From contig NC_043024.1 in assembly GCF_006345805.1 (NCBI RefSeq), forward strand, positions 19,964,001 through 20,028,000: a stretch of DNA of 64,000 nt. Direction: 5' to 3'. The DNA comes from Octopus sinensis. Lineage: Eukaryota. A model generated the notes under the pieces. The model searched no databases and was not told where the DNA came from. It saw only the letters and a list, made by a program, of their open reading frames with translations. This document shows positions 1 to 11,342 of the stretch, piece after piece; the first letter of the stretch is position 1, and every line of letters begins with the position of its first letter. Position numbers and translations under genes: made by a program.

Positions 1-880
1 CCCTAGTCGCTGTCCGAAGTTAGGGCTCGGTGTAAACTAGATTAAGGTCGAAATTATTTCTGTCTTAGGCACCTTGTTCGTTTTACTGGTTGTGTGTGTT
101 GCATGTGTTAAGTTTTCGATTTCGAATTTAGTGCTTGTATTGAAGGATTCATATTTGTTTATATTCATTTCTTTGTTTGGCCGCTCATGTTTTGTGTTAT
201 AAATTTAGCAATGCTTTTTTTATTAACGATGGTTATATATTTTTGTGTTAAAGTTGTGTTATTTAATTTCTTATGTCAACCTCAAATCTTGCTGGGGCGT
301 TGACTGTCTAGAATTATACCTATATCGTATAAAGCGTCCTACCGTGTTTGTGTAAACATCTTGCGGCTTGTTCGTGACTTGTATTAATTAATACGTATTT
401 TGATATAAATATTTTCTAAGGTCCTTTTCCGGATAGGTCGTATCTATTTCCCCCGACTCCTTAAGGCTTAGCAATACTAATTTTTCCCCAATAGATAGAA
501 TAGGAATTGCTTTTGCCTATAATTAGCCAAATTAGTTTACTTACGCCCGTATCATTTGCTTTCTTCCTCTCTTTCCAAGAATCTAAATCATTAGCTTGTC
601 TCTTTTTGCAAAAACAAAAAAAGAAAAGAGAGAAAGAACTGGCCCCTATATTAAAGTATTATTTTCCCTCCGAGTTATCTTTGCATCTATATACACAATT
701 CTTAGGGTAACAGCTTGAGTGCAACGAGCATGCTCTTTTGTATAGTATAGTTGCATAGCCCTGCTTATCCGTTTCTATTATTTATTGTTATTGACTTCCC
801 AACTAACAGCGGAACCTGAAGCTGTCCAAAATCATCAAACTAAAATGACTGAAACAGTGCAGTGAATGAGTTACATGCAT

Positions 881-1298
881 AGGCGCAGGAGTAGCTGTGT
901 GGTAAGTAGCTTGCTAACCAACCACATGGTTCCGGGTTCGGTCCCACTGCGCGGCATCTTGGGAAAGTGTCTTCTGCTATAGCCCCGGGCCGACCAATGC
1001 CTTGTGAGTGGATTTGGTAGACGGAAACTGAAAGAAGCCCGTCGTATATATGTATATATATATATATATATGTATGTATGTGTGTTTGTGTGTCTGTGTT
1101 TGTCCCCCTAGCATTGCTTGACAACCGATGCTGGTGTGTTTACGTCCCCGTCACCTAGCAGTTCGGCAAAAGAGACCGATAGAATAAGTACTGGGCTTAC
1201 AAAAGAATAAGTCCCGGGGTCGAGTTGCTCGACTAAAGGCGGTGCTCCAGCATGGCTGCAGTCAAATGGCTGAAACAAGTAAAAGAGTAAAAGAGAGT
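881..1298 (+). mobile_element. tRNA-derived SINE, family A (full copy)
   Basis: A-box-like AGCTGTGTGG here (TGGCTGTGTGG in other copies), B-box-like GGTTCGGTCCC, internal (TA)/(TG) microsatellite, 3' GGCGGTGCTCCAGCATGG...TGAAACAAG and (TAAAAGAG)n tail; about 17 homologous copies in the window. Confidence 0.9.
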
Positions 1299-1300
1299 AT

Positions 1301-1722
1301 AGGCCTGAGGGATATGCAATAATCTCCATATGGAAAATTTTAGAAGGGCTAGTACTTAATTTAGGAATTGAGTGTTATACAAATGCCAGAACTGGTCGCC
1401 ATCTAATAATCTCGGGTTCAAAGGCCCAGAGATTTTCAATAATCTGCCACAGAAATTAAGAAATTTAAATAAGATGGAAGTAGATGTCTTCAAAAAGGAA
1501 CTTGATATCCTCCTCTTCAAAATTCCGGAAGAACCAACGGCCTTACAAGAGGTGCAGACGAGGGCAACGGAATAAATCTCCCTTAATCACTAAATGTACT
1601 AACAGTTTGGACAAAGGTACATACGGGACTGGTGATGTGAAACAGCGCAGATTGAGGAAATCAAAGAGACGACAATGGTGCTCAAGTAAGACCGTAACTG
1701 CATGGCTGAAACGAGTAAAAGA
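1301..1722 (+). mobile_element. CR1/L2-type LINE 3' fragment (RT C-terminus plus 3' tail)
   Basis: Reads YAIISIWKILEGLVLNLGIECYTNARTGRH, then FKGPEIFNNLPQKLRNL...FKKELDILLFKIPEEP; ends in a degenerate version of the SINE-A tail (1671-1722). Confidence 0.75.
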
Positions 1723-1730
1723 ATATATAT

Positions 1731-2158
1731 ACTCTTTTTACTCTTTTACTTGTTTCAGTCATTTGACTGCGGCCATGCTGGAGCACCGCCTTTAATCGAG
1801 CAACTCGACCCCGGGACTTATTCTTTTGTAAGCCCAGTACTTATTTTATCGGTCTCTTTTGCCGAACCGCTAAGTAACGGGGACATAAACACACCAGCAT
1901 CGGTTGTCAAGCAATGCTAGGGGGACAAATACAGACACACAAACTCACACACGCATATACATATACATTTACACGCATATATATATATATACATATATAT
2001 ATATACATATATACGACGGGCTTCTTTCAGTTTCCGTCTACCAAATCCACTCACAAGGCATTGGTCGGCCCGAGACTATAGTAGAAGACACTTGCCCAAG
2101 GTTCCACGTAGTGGGACTGAACCCGGAACCATGTGGTTGCTAAACAAGCTACTTACCA
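1731..2158 (-). mobile_element. SINE family A
   Basis: Reverse-complement copy of 881-1298. Confidence 0.9.
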
Positions 2159-2541
2159 TATATATATATATATATATATGTTACAAATATTAAAGTAAAT
2201 AGATACAATTGTACAATTAACATATTAAAAATTTATTTCCATTATAACATAATATAATATAATATAACAAGTAATTAAAACGAATATAAATCCAACGATT
2301 CATATTATAAAATTAGAATAATTATATTTTTTAAATATAATTATATATATTTTTGAATAATTATGCATATATAAATATTTCTTGTAAATCCTATAATATT
2401 TTGTATATATAATCATATTATGTTGTTTCAAACGTGTGGTCACATACAAATTTATAGAATAATAATACTATTGGCTTACTGTAATTTATTTCCTTCTGTA
2501 AAACCGAGTAAAGTTCTGATACGTTAGTTACTTATATATTA

Positions 2542-2941
2542 CTAGCAGTATCGCCCGGCGTTGCTCGGGTTTGTAAGGGAAATAACTATATAAGCATTTT
2601 TAGAGAGTTATAGCCAAAAAATAGCAAAAAAATGCATTAAAAATGGAAAGAAATGATGGTAAATTTTTTTTAAATCGTAGACTCAATGTAGATATTTTTA
2701 GAGAGTTACTTCCCTTATATAATAGCAAAAGAAAATGCATTAAAAATGGAAAAAATTATGGTAATTTTTTTTTAAATCGTAGACTCATCGTAGACGCGCG
2801 CTAATGCCCAGAAGGGCTCGATATGAATCACGACTATGAGATACCCGCTTTTGGTTACACTGCACCGCAAAATGTGGAAGTAGTTAGGAATCTAAATCGT
2901 AGGAGACAGACACCACACAACTTTTCTTTTATATATATAGA
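2542..2941 (-). mobile_element. Non-autonomous Helitron
   Basis: Minus strand begins TC and ends CTAG, sits between A and T with no TSD, has a subterminal hairpin CCCGAGCAACGCCGGG and an internal ~100-bp tandem duplication; second copy at 60053-60442. Confidence 0.8.
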
Positions 2942-2959
2942 TTATACTTGTTGCTGTTG

Positions 2960-3370
2960 TTGGTATCCTTTTGTCTCGGAAGATAATGGAGTTGCGCATC
3001 TGCCACTTTTCACCGCAGCAAGGAAGCGTCCTCTCCAGTTTTGCGAATGCCTGGGCTAGAAGTACGGAAATCCTGGGAAACCCAATCGTCAGGAATCCTC
3101 TCTCGACCTTGCTGACGTCGTCCAAAGGAGCTCAGAACATTACGTTTGGCAACAGCTTGGTTGCAGGAGCTGCCAGAAGAGTGTCGAGTCGAACACTAAA
3201 CCGCATACGGGGCTCCACTTTTGATTTCTTTGAATTTTGTCTCCTTTCCTTAACCCTGGATAGGGGCTAATTCAGGGTACTATGACCCGGAGCCAACTGA
3301 GCCCGGGATTCGTGTCAGGCAGGGTTGTCACTCCCTGAAGTAGTGAAGAAAATCGCTACCCACTACCTAA
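2960..3370 (-). mobile_element. Probable non-LTR retroelement 5' region (RTE-like)
   Basis: GC-richer block with several hairpins; resembles RTE-clade 5' regions from memory only; no diagnostic protein motif. Confidence 0.35.
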
Positions 3371-3398
3371 ATTCTTCTTCTTCTGATTATTATTATTA

Positions 3399-3443
<45 letters not shown>

Positions 3444-4189
3444 GTAAGAAATAGTATAGGTTAGAAAAAACGTAACTTTATATATTTGCTTAACATCTGC
3501 GAATTCAGTAGTAATTTTAAATAAAATATATTTCCTATCCACCATAAATGTTTAGTACATTATATAGATATTATTATATAATAAAATGGCCAGTGATTAT
3601 TTTCGATTAAAATCTCTTTAGCTTAATATTATTGGAATCCAAAAGAACATTTTATGACCGTTGTAAATATTCCGAACGTAATTATTTTATCCATTTGAAT
3701 TTTGCAGCTGCATTTTTTTCTACTTATTATATTTTTTAATTATTAACGATCATACTTGTAAACATAGATATATTTTAAATCAGTCAATTCTATAATTTAC
3801 TAGTCCTTGCTTTGACTCTTCTGGTTTTTGTTTTGTTTTTCTTCTTTTTTTTGTTTAAACGAATATTACCCTGAGGAGACTCGGATGTATAAATTTGAAT
3901 TTTTATAAATTCACTCGTGAATATGAGTCGAAGTAAATTGTTGGATTTATATTTGTTTTAATTATTTGATATATTGTATTGTAGTATATATTTTCATATT
4001 ATATTATAACGTAATACATTTTTAACAAATCAATAGTATGTTTCTATTTCTTTTAATATTTGTATATTGTAAGTATTGCCTTTTATTTGTGGTCTCCAAC
4101 TGAAGTGCCAGTGAAAATTAGATGTTATATATCACTTTCAAGGACATCTTTTTACTTGGTTAGATATATATATATATGTGTGTGTGTGT

Positions 4190-4340
4190 GCGTGTGGGGT
4201 AAAAGGTTTGCTTTCCAACCATATGGTTCCAGGTTCAGTCCTACTGCGTAGCACCTGGGGCAAGTGTCTTCTACTATAGCCTCGGGCCGCCCAAAGCTTA
4301 TGAGTGGATTTGGTAGACAAAATCTGGAAGAAGACCATTG
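4190..4340 (+). mobile_element. SINE family A, 5' half
   Basis: Degenerate head through GAAGAAGACC, ends in (TA)n. Confidence 0.8.
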
Positions 4341-4584
4341 AATATATATATATATATATATATATGTTAAAACTACGTGTTTATATAAACAACCATAAAC
4401 ATTTTAGAGAAGCAGCGGAAGTGTAGCCTACGATACAAACAAGAAATTGAATATTGTTACCCTTAGAGGGTGGGAAAAGTTGTCAAGAAAAAGCCTTCAA
4501 CAACTTCTTCTGCCTTGTAATAATGATGGCAATAATATCCACTTTTTCTGCTGCTTCAACGGCGATACTTCAGATGTATATATA

Positions 4585-5100
4585 TATACATAAATATAAG
4601 AGAGTGGTCACTAAGTGGCTCACTCTGGCACTAGAAATAGATCCGATAGGTTTCAGCCACAAAATAAATGTTTCCAATGAAAGTCAGCATGACTGTTAGC
4701 TCAAACGAACAGGGCAAATAAAAATAACAAAAATACAGATTATTTTGGGACAATTGTTTCGCTATTAATGAATTGAATGTAATTTTACTCACAGTAATTC
4801 ACTTGTAGCTCATCAGCCAAAACCATCTAAAATACAATATACTAAATCGCACGCCAGATTTTACCATAACGATGAGCTACAAGTGAATTACTGTGAGTAA
4901 AATTACATTCAATTCATTAATAGCGAAACAATTGTCCTAAAATAATCTGTATTTTTGTTATTTTTCTTTGCCCTGTTCGTTTGAGCTAACAGTCGTGCTG
5001 ACTTTCATTGGAAACATTTATTTTGTGGCTGAAACCTATCGGATCTATTTCTAGTGCCAGAGTGAGCCACTTAGTGACCACTCTCTTATATTTATGTATA
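4585..5100. repeat. Long inverted repeat (230-bp arms, 56-bp spacer); head-to-head Penelope-like termini
   Basis: 4585-4814 is the reverse complement of 4871-5100 with about 3 substitutions; each arm carries an HHR motif. Confidence 0.9.
4743..4822 (-). ncRNA. Type I hammerhead ribozyme
   Basis: Stem I UUUUGG/CCAAAA, CUGAUGA, stem II GCUA/UAGC, GAAA, palindromic stem III ACAAUUGU, GUC cleavage triplet. Confidence 0.85.
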
Positions 5101-5199
5101 AAATTTTGTCATAATCCAGGTTTTTTTGTGCACTGGGCCACTTGGTGTTAAATGGATGTACTATTAAATTAGTATCCAATGTTCTCACACCTTATCAGT

Positions 5200-5236
<37 letters not shown>

Positions 5237-5674
5237 TATATATATACATATGCATGCCACATATGTACAGAAAGACAGACACAAACATAAATAAATGATT
5301 ATATATACGCTTGTGTGATTCTGAATGTGTTTGTATGTGTGTAAGAGAGACACACACATAGAGATCACGGGCAGAGATGAGATTGTTTGAGCAGAAATCG
5401 ATGATGCTGATAAGACAGAAAACATATTTCTCGAGTGCCAGGTGCGTTTATTCTGCCTCCTTCACACCATTTTAGTCGTTTTGGATTTTCTATGGATGCT
5501 TTAAACACACTTCACGGACATAAGGTAAACAAAATGTTGACAGCAGACGTGAAGTATCTTAATTTGTAGACACAATGTCTTTGACTCATATTAAGCGAAT
5601 TCTCTATATATCTATATATCTATACAATAAATTCAGGGTGAATACTTGAAAAGTATAAGCACCTTCTAGTGCTT

Positions 5675-5949
5675 AAAAAACAGAACACGAAGGATGTCGC
5701 GGTACACATGTTTCGAGCTTTATAAAACAACTTATTCTTACATCAATGTATAATCGACATAACACATAGTTTAAAGCCCTCTGCAGCCGCATGCAATTGC
5801 TACACCAAAGACAACTAGCACATTATGAAAGGTGCGGCTGAAGAGGGCTTTAACCTATCTGTTATGTCGATTATACATTGATGTAAGAATAGGTTGTTTT
5901 ATAAAGCTCGAAACATGTGTACCGCGACATCCTTTGTGCTCTGTTTTTT
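5675..5949. repeat. Inverted repeat (117-bp arms, 41-bp spacer); head-to-head Penelope-like termini
   Basis: 5675-5791 is approximately the reverse complement of 5833-5949. Confidence 0.9.
5832..5927 (+). ncRNA. Type I hammerhead ribozyme with extended stem II
   Basis: Stem I UGCGG/CCGCG, CUGAAGA (5838-5844), stem II GGGCUUUA/UAAAGCUC, GAAA, ACAUGU palindrome, GUA triplet (5919-5921). Confidence 0.8.
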
Positions 5950-5987
5950 TATTTCATTTGATAGATATATATATCTATACATATATA

Positions 5988-6221
5988 TATTTCTTTACTA
6001 CCCACAAGGGGATAAACACAGAGGAGACAAACGAGGACAGACAAAGGGATTCATTCGATTACATCGACCCCAGTGCGTAACTGGTACTTAATTTATCGAC
6101 CCCGAAAGGATGAAAGACAAAGTCGACCTCGGCGGAATTTTAACCCAGAATGTAACGGCAGACGAAATACGGCTACGCATTTCGCCCGGCGTGCTAACGT
6201 TTCTGCCAGCTCGCCGCCTTA
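5988..6221 (-). mobile_element. tRNA-derived SINE, family B
   Basis: Minus strand AGGCGGCGAGCTGGCAGAAACG... with GTCGACTTTGTCTTTCATCCTTTCGGGGTCGATAAATTAAGTACCAG module and GTGGGTAGTAAAGAAA tail; multiple copies in the window. Confidence 0.9.
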
Positions 6222-6504
6222 TCTATACATATATATGTGTGTGTATTTGTCCATGTATGTATGTGTTTATTCGGCGGTGCGCCTATGTAAGTATGTATGT
6301 ATATATGCATGCATACATACATGCATACCACATTCAAATGACTCAAATAAGTAAAAGCGTAAAAGAGTATTATCTCAACCAACACTGCAGAAGTGGAGCA
6401 AACGGAAATATACCCAGACCGATTCTTATTTCTCTACTGCCCACAAGGGGTTACACACAGAGGGGACAAACAACGAAAGTAACCCAAATTATGCCAGTGC
6501 CTAA

Positions 6505-6535
<31 letters not shown>

Positions 6536-6639
6536 CGAGTGTATATGTGTGTCTGCGTGTATGTGTGTATACGTGTGTATCTGCGTGTATGTGTGTGTAA
6601 CACAGAGAGAGAAAGGGAGAGAGAGAGAGTCTTTGGGTT

Positions 6640-6815
6640 CGGTTTTGTCACCCACCACTGCCTGAAAACCGGTGTTGGTGCGTTTACGTCCATGTAACTT
6701 AGGAGATCGGCAAATGTTATGGATATAATAGTGAACAGGTTAAACGAAAAAAGTATTAATAATTCTCGAAGGGATACCCCAGCATGGCCGCAGTCTACTG
6801 AATGAAACATGCGAG
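6640..6815 (+). mobile_element. SINE family A, degenerate 3' half
   Basis: CCGGTGTTGGTGCGTTTACGTCC...CCCCAGCATGGCCGCAGTC. Confidence 0.65.
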
Positions 6816-7022
6816 AAAAAATAACAATGAGCTGATGTGGTTCAAGTATTACTAAATAGACTTTCAGTGGATGACATATTCTAAGCCGGAACTTCGACGT
6901 TACTGTCAACATTTTCCTTGTAGACATTAACATATGTATGCACTCACACATATATATATGCATATAAATATATACATACATACAGATATATATATATATA
7001 TATCTATATATCATATAATACT

Positions 7023-7057
<35 letters not shown>

Positions 7058-7188
7058 AATAAGCAACAAGAATGGTTGCTTATTTTGATTATAATCACCC
7101 CACGGATTTATATGGATAACACCATACAGAATTCTGGTGAATCTAAATTAAGTACCATATTCATTTGAATCTAAACTTTTGCTGAACT

Positions 7189-7222
<34 letters not shown>

Positions 7223-7244
7223 GTACATATATATATAAAGGAAT

Positions 7245-7426
7245 CAGGAGTGGTAACCTCGCGAGCGGAGGCGACCATTCGGAAAGCCTCCACTACGGTG
7301 GAGTTACGACTTTAGGAGGGCGATTGGGACCACGTGGATGAGGAAGGCGCAATCCAGATAGGAGTGGACAGTGTGCTGTGACCAGCGGTGTCAAATGGAC
7401 GCACGACGGACTGGTCGGTCAAGGTG
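7245..7426. mobile_element. 182-bp GC-rich insertion with 14-bp TSD
   Basis: ATATATAAAGGAAT at 7231-7244 and 7427-7440 flanks the block. Confidence 0.65.
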
Positions 7427-7759
7427 ATATATAAAGGAATACAAAAAAATGGGAGAATAACGCAAAGTATTTAGACTGATGATACAGAAGAGGGACAAGA
7501 AAAAACATGGACGTGTCATTGAGTCTAGTTCCAGATTATCTTTGCAATTTCGGCTAGTTATACTCGAGATTGCACCAATCTGGCTAGCTCCGAGGAAAAC
7601 CTAAGCTAAGAGCATTAGCTTCCTTGGAAGAAAGCAGCGAATGTATACGAAAACAAAGACGGAAAAAAAACGGAGAAATGTTACACAAATACAAATGCAA
7701 ATAACAGGACATAACAACAGTTGTCTTCCGACTAAAAGCAAGCACATAAATGCAAAAAA

Positions 7760-7985
7760 TAGTTGGAAAAAGCAGTACTCGAATAGGAATGGTAGAGTGA
7801 TATACCTTTGTTAAAGCTGCATAATTATCACAAAATCTGTTACTCAATGTTTAACCTTCCCGTTCATTTGAGAGTTGTGATGGAAACAAAATTCAGTTTT
7901 CATAACAACTGCCTGACGAACGGGAACGTGAAACACCTAGTAATAGTTTTGTAATAATGTTGCGGCTTTTTCTTTAAAGAAGGCT
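7760..7985. repeat. Degenerate head-to-head HHR-bearing terminal pair (same family as 30841 and 36074)
   Basis: Minus-strand HHR relic at about 7832-7875 and plus-strand CUGACGA-ACG-GGAA-CGU-GAAAC at 7913-7935; inner IR GTTGTGATGGAAAC/GTTTTCATAACAAC. Confidence 0.7.
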
Positions 7986-8679
7986 ATATATATATAATAA
8001 TATATATATATATATTATATATATATATATATGATAGATAGACAGATCCAAATATAGATAGATAGATAGATAGACATTTATATACATGATAATTATGCTA
8101 TATATTTATGTTTATATACATCAACATATGATTGGCATTCTCAACGAAAGACAGAGATCAAGCATTATATTTCACTCCACTGAAGACTCCATTAATGACT
8201 GGCAACAACAAACAAAAAACAGCACTGTTAATATCATTAATGATAATGATAATTATAACAACAACAATAACAAAAACAACAACAGCCGATAACGATGAAA
8301 TTTCGTCTTTATTTACAGGTAATTTACATCGTTATACCATTGGGTTTTGTGAGAAACCAAAGACGTCACCGATAATCTCAACGATATAATTTGTTTTGAT
8401 ATTATTGGCCTTGACACAGCCAAGCGAAAAAAACTATTTCAAACAAAAGTCGTCTATTAGCGGTGAAAGTGGTGATAATTTTGCATCCCGTCTTCATTAA
8501 ATAAAGTAATTACTGACAATGGTATCTGTTTGATAAGAAACAATAACGTTAAGAACGCCACGAGATACATGTTATTAGTAGGAAAAGGAAAAACAGAGCT
8601 GATATAATCATATATACGTGCGTTGGCGTCTGCTTCGCTGTCTATATACGTATTAGTGGGTAAATACGTATGACTAGTT

Positions 8680-9248
8680 ATCTATTTACATATAGATATA
8701 TATATATAGATATACATATGTATGCATATATATATGTATACATACCTGCATACGTGAAAGAATGAATAAATGACTATACAATCCTCTATATTAGCTTATT
8801 AGGCCCTAATTGCATAATGGATTTCAAGGCAATATCATATATATGCATATATATATTTATATATATATATACATATATATATATATGTGTGTGTGTAGGT
8901 ACATATGTATATGTATATATATATATGTACATACATATATATGTATGTATATATATATATATATGTACATAGATATATATATATATATGCTATATATACA
9001 AGCACATATATACATACATATATACACACACACATATTATATATATACATATATATGTATATATATAGCATATAGATATATGGTATATGTATATATATAT
9101 ATAAATATATGTATAGATATATATCTATATGTAGTATATGTATATAATATACATATATCTAATTATATATATGGTAGTATAATATATATATGCATATATA
9201 TATATGTATATGTATATATATATATATCTATGTATAGGTATATATATG

Positions 9249-9303
<55 letters not shown>

Positions 9304-9720
9304 TATATTATACATATATCTATTATATATATGTATATGTATATATATGTGTGTGCATACATTGTTTGTGTATATATATATATACAAATAAGAGACTTCG
9401 AAAAATCCGCTAGTTAGACATCGTAGGACTTTTACATATAAATATATACATATAGCGTGTGCGCGTTTATATGAGCCTGTATATGAACAGTTTGTATGTG
9501 TGTGGTGTATCATGTATATATGTATATAATATGTATCTGTATATATATATATATTATTATATATACATATATATAAATATATTATATATACATTATATAC
9601 TATATCTATATGTATATTTATATCTATCTCTCTATCTATCTATCTATTCTATATTATATATAGATATATTATATATATTATATATAATATACACACACAC
9701 ACACCACACACACACACATG
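8680..9720. repeat. (TA)n-rich compound microsatellite
   Basis: Direct reading; source of the spurious IYIY ORFs. Confidence 0.95.
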
Positions 9721-10245
9721 TTGCGATGGGGTAAATTGTCGCGATAGTACATTTTGGTCATTGCTTGTTTTCAAATTTCGTTGACCCCTCAATATAGTTG
9801 GGTCAGTTGGGCCTAGTCTGTAAGAAAAACAGTGCAATAACGCAATTCCGTCTGCCAGAAATTTCGTAAAGGCATGCTGTACTACTTGGCATTCGCTCCG
9901 ATAGCTCCAATGAGACCATTTTAGAGTGTTTGGGTGTCAAACTCTGGAGAGTGCATTGAATTCGGAAAGACTTGGATAAGTCTAATGGGGATTTCGAATG
10001 TACAGCGCTTCTGAGTCATGGATTTGCTGGTGCGATCCAGGCCATGATTATCAACGATCTCTTCGAGTCAATCAGATCCATCGTTAGGTATATGGGAATG
10101 TCTGAGTTTCTTAACAAGCAAGTATTGAATGAAGACATTCCGTATTCATGAGATAAGAAAGTATCGGGGCTTTTTTTTCCCACGCCATCCAGGAGGAGAG
10201 AAAAGGCCATGCTACGAAGCTTTCGAAGAAAATAAGGGAAGCAAA
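9720..10245 (+). pseudogene. maT/DD37D-like Tc1-mariner transposase, 5' fragment
   Basis: Reads QFRLPEIS*RHAVLLGIRSDSSN...IQAMIINDLFESIRSIVRYMGMSEFLNKQVLNEDIPY with stops; left end GCGATGGGGTAAATTGTCG matches the other copies. Confidence 0.75.
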
Positions 10246-10309
10246 ATTATAGACACTGCAATACTTGGGAATGCACACATTAGTGAGAAACTAGTATAAA
10301 ACTTTAAAT

Positions 10310-10850
10310 ATACATACTGTTAAAAGACGGCATCGCAAGCATGTGGACTATGAGGAAAGTGTCTGTCATTCCAGTCGTTGTAGGGGACACTCGGAGCATT
10401 AACAATCGTGTTCGAGAAATATGTCCGAGAAATGAGAATTGATTTGAGAGTAGAGTAAGCCCCAAATTACTCCTCTGATCTAGTGGTCTAAGATCAAATT
10501 TCTTTCCATCCGTGATCATCTCCATCGACTATTATAGTGAGATGTACAAATAGAACTATAATTTCTTTTGACTAGGCACTAGGCCTTATGTTTTCAGGGT
10601 ACTAGCATATAATTTCTTTTGACTAGGCTCTAGGCCTTATATTTTCAGGGTACTAGCATATAATTTCTTTTGACTAGGCTCTAGGCCTTATATTTTCAGG
10701 GTACTAGCATATAATTTCTTTTGTCTAGGCTCTAGGCCTTATATTTTCAGGGTACTAGCATATAATTTCTCATCGCCCCAAATTACTCCTCTGCTGGGGA
10801 CAGCTAGGACATTGAAATTGCTACTTTGAAGTAGAATGTCTTCCATAATA
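10310..10850 (+). mobile_element. R4/Dong-like RLE LINE C-terminal fragment, split by an insertion
   Basis: WTMRKVSVIPVVVG...FEKYVREMRIDLRVE then LLGTARTLKL after rejoining across 10478-10774. Confidence 0.7.
10478..10774. mobile_element. 297-bp insertion carrying a 51-bp x4 minisatellite, 19-bp TSD
   Basis: GCCCCAAATTACTCCTCTG at 10459-10477 and 10775-10793; units start at 10558, 10609, 10660, 10711. Confidence 0.85.
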
Positions 10851-10959
10851 ATTAACAACTAAGTATCAAATCTTATAATGTGAGGAAAGAATTTCTGCGT
10901 GACGTCTTACAGCAGGCTGCTCTCTGTTCACAGAATCTACAAGAGAAAAGTAAGATGGA

Positions 10960-11300
10960 GTGGTCTTTAAAAAAAGGGTTCCCACTGATAAATATATATC
11001 TGTAAAGGAATTTGACAAATTAAATAAGTATAAGGACCTGGAAATTAAAATACAAAAGATGTGGTATCTTAAAACAAGAACTGTACCTGTTATTATAAGT
11101 GTCCCAGATATGACTAAAAGTCGATGTAAGGTGCAAGAGTGGCTGTGTGGTAAGTAGCTTCCTTACGATCCACATGGTTCCGGGTTCAGTCCCACTGCGT
11201 GGCACTTTAGGCAAGTGTCTTCTACTATAGCCTCCGGCCAACCAATGCCTTGTGAGTAGATTTGGTAGAGCGAAACTGAAAGAAGCCCGTCGTATATATG

Positions 11301-11342
<42 letters not shown>

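Noticed and set aside
1-70. GGUC-GAAA-UUAUU-UCUGUC could be the 3' half of a hammerhead
   Set aside because: The 5' core would lie upstream of the window; cannot be verified.
7054-7088. 14-bp perfect hairpin (also an 11-bp hairpin at 44441-44467 and a 13-bp one near 49502-49540)
   Set aside because: Isolated short IRs in AT-rich DNA with no supporting context.
7430-7620. Penelope-like tail with GCUAG/CUAGC stem and GAAAU on the minus strand
   Set aside because: No CUGANGA-like core or valid cleavage triplet; not called as a ribozyme.
8810-9734. Long IY/YI-rich ORFs (also 36690-37100, 42000-46700, 55600-56900)
   Set aside because: Translations of (TA)n/(TAGA)n microsatellites; no coding signal.
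10558-10770. 51-bp repeats considered as a CRISPR-like array
   Set aside because: The units are contiguous with no unique spacers; eukaryotic minisatellite.
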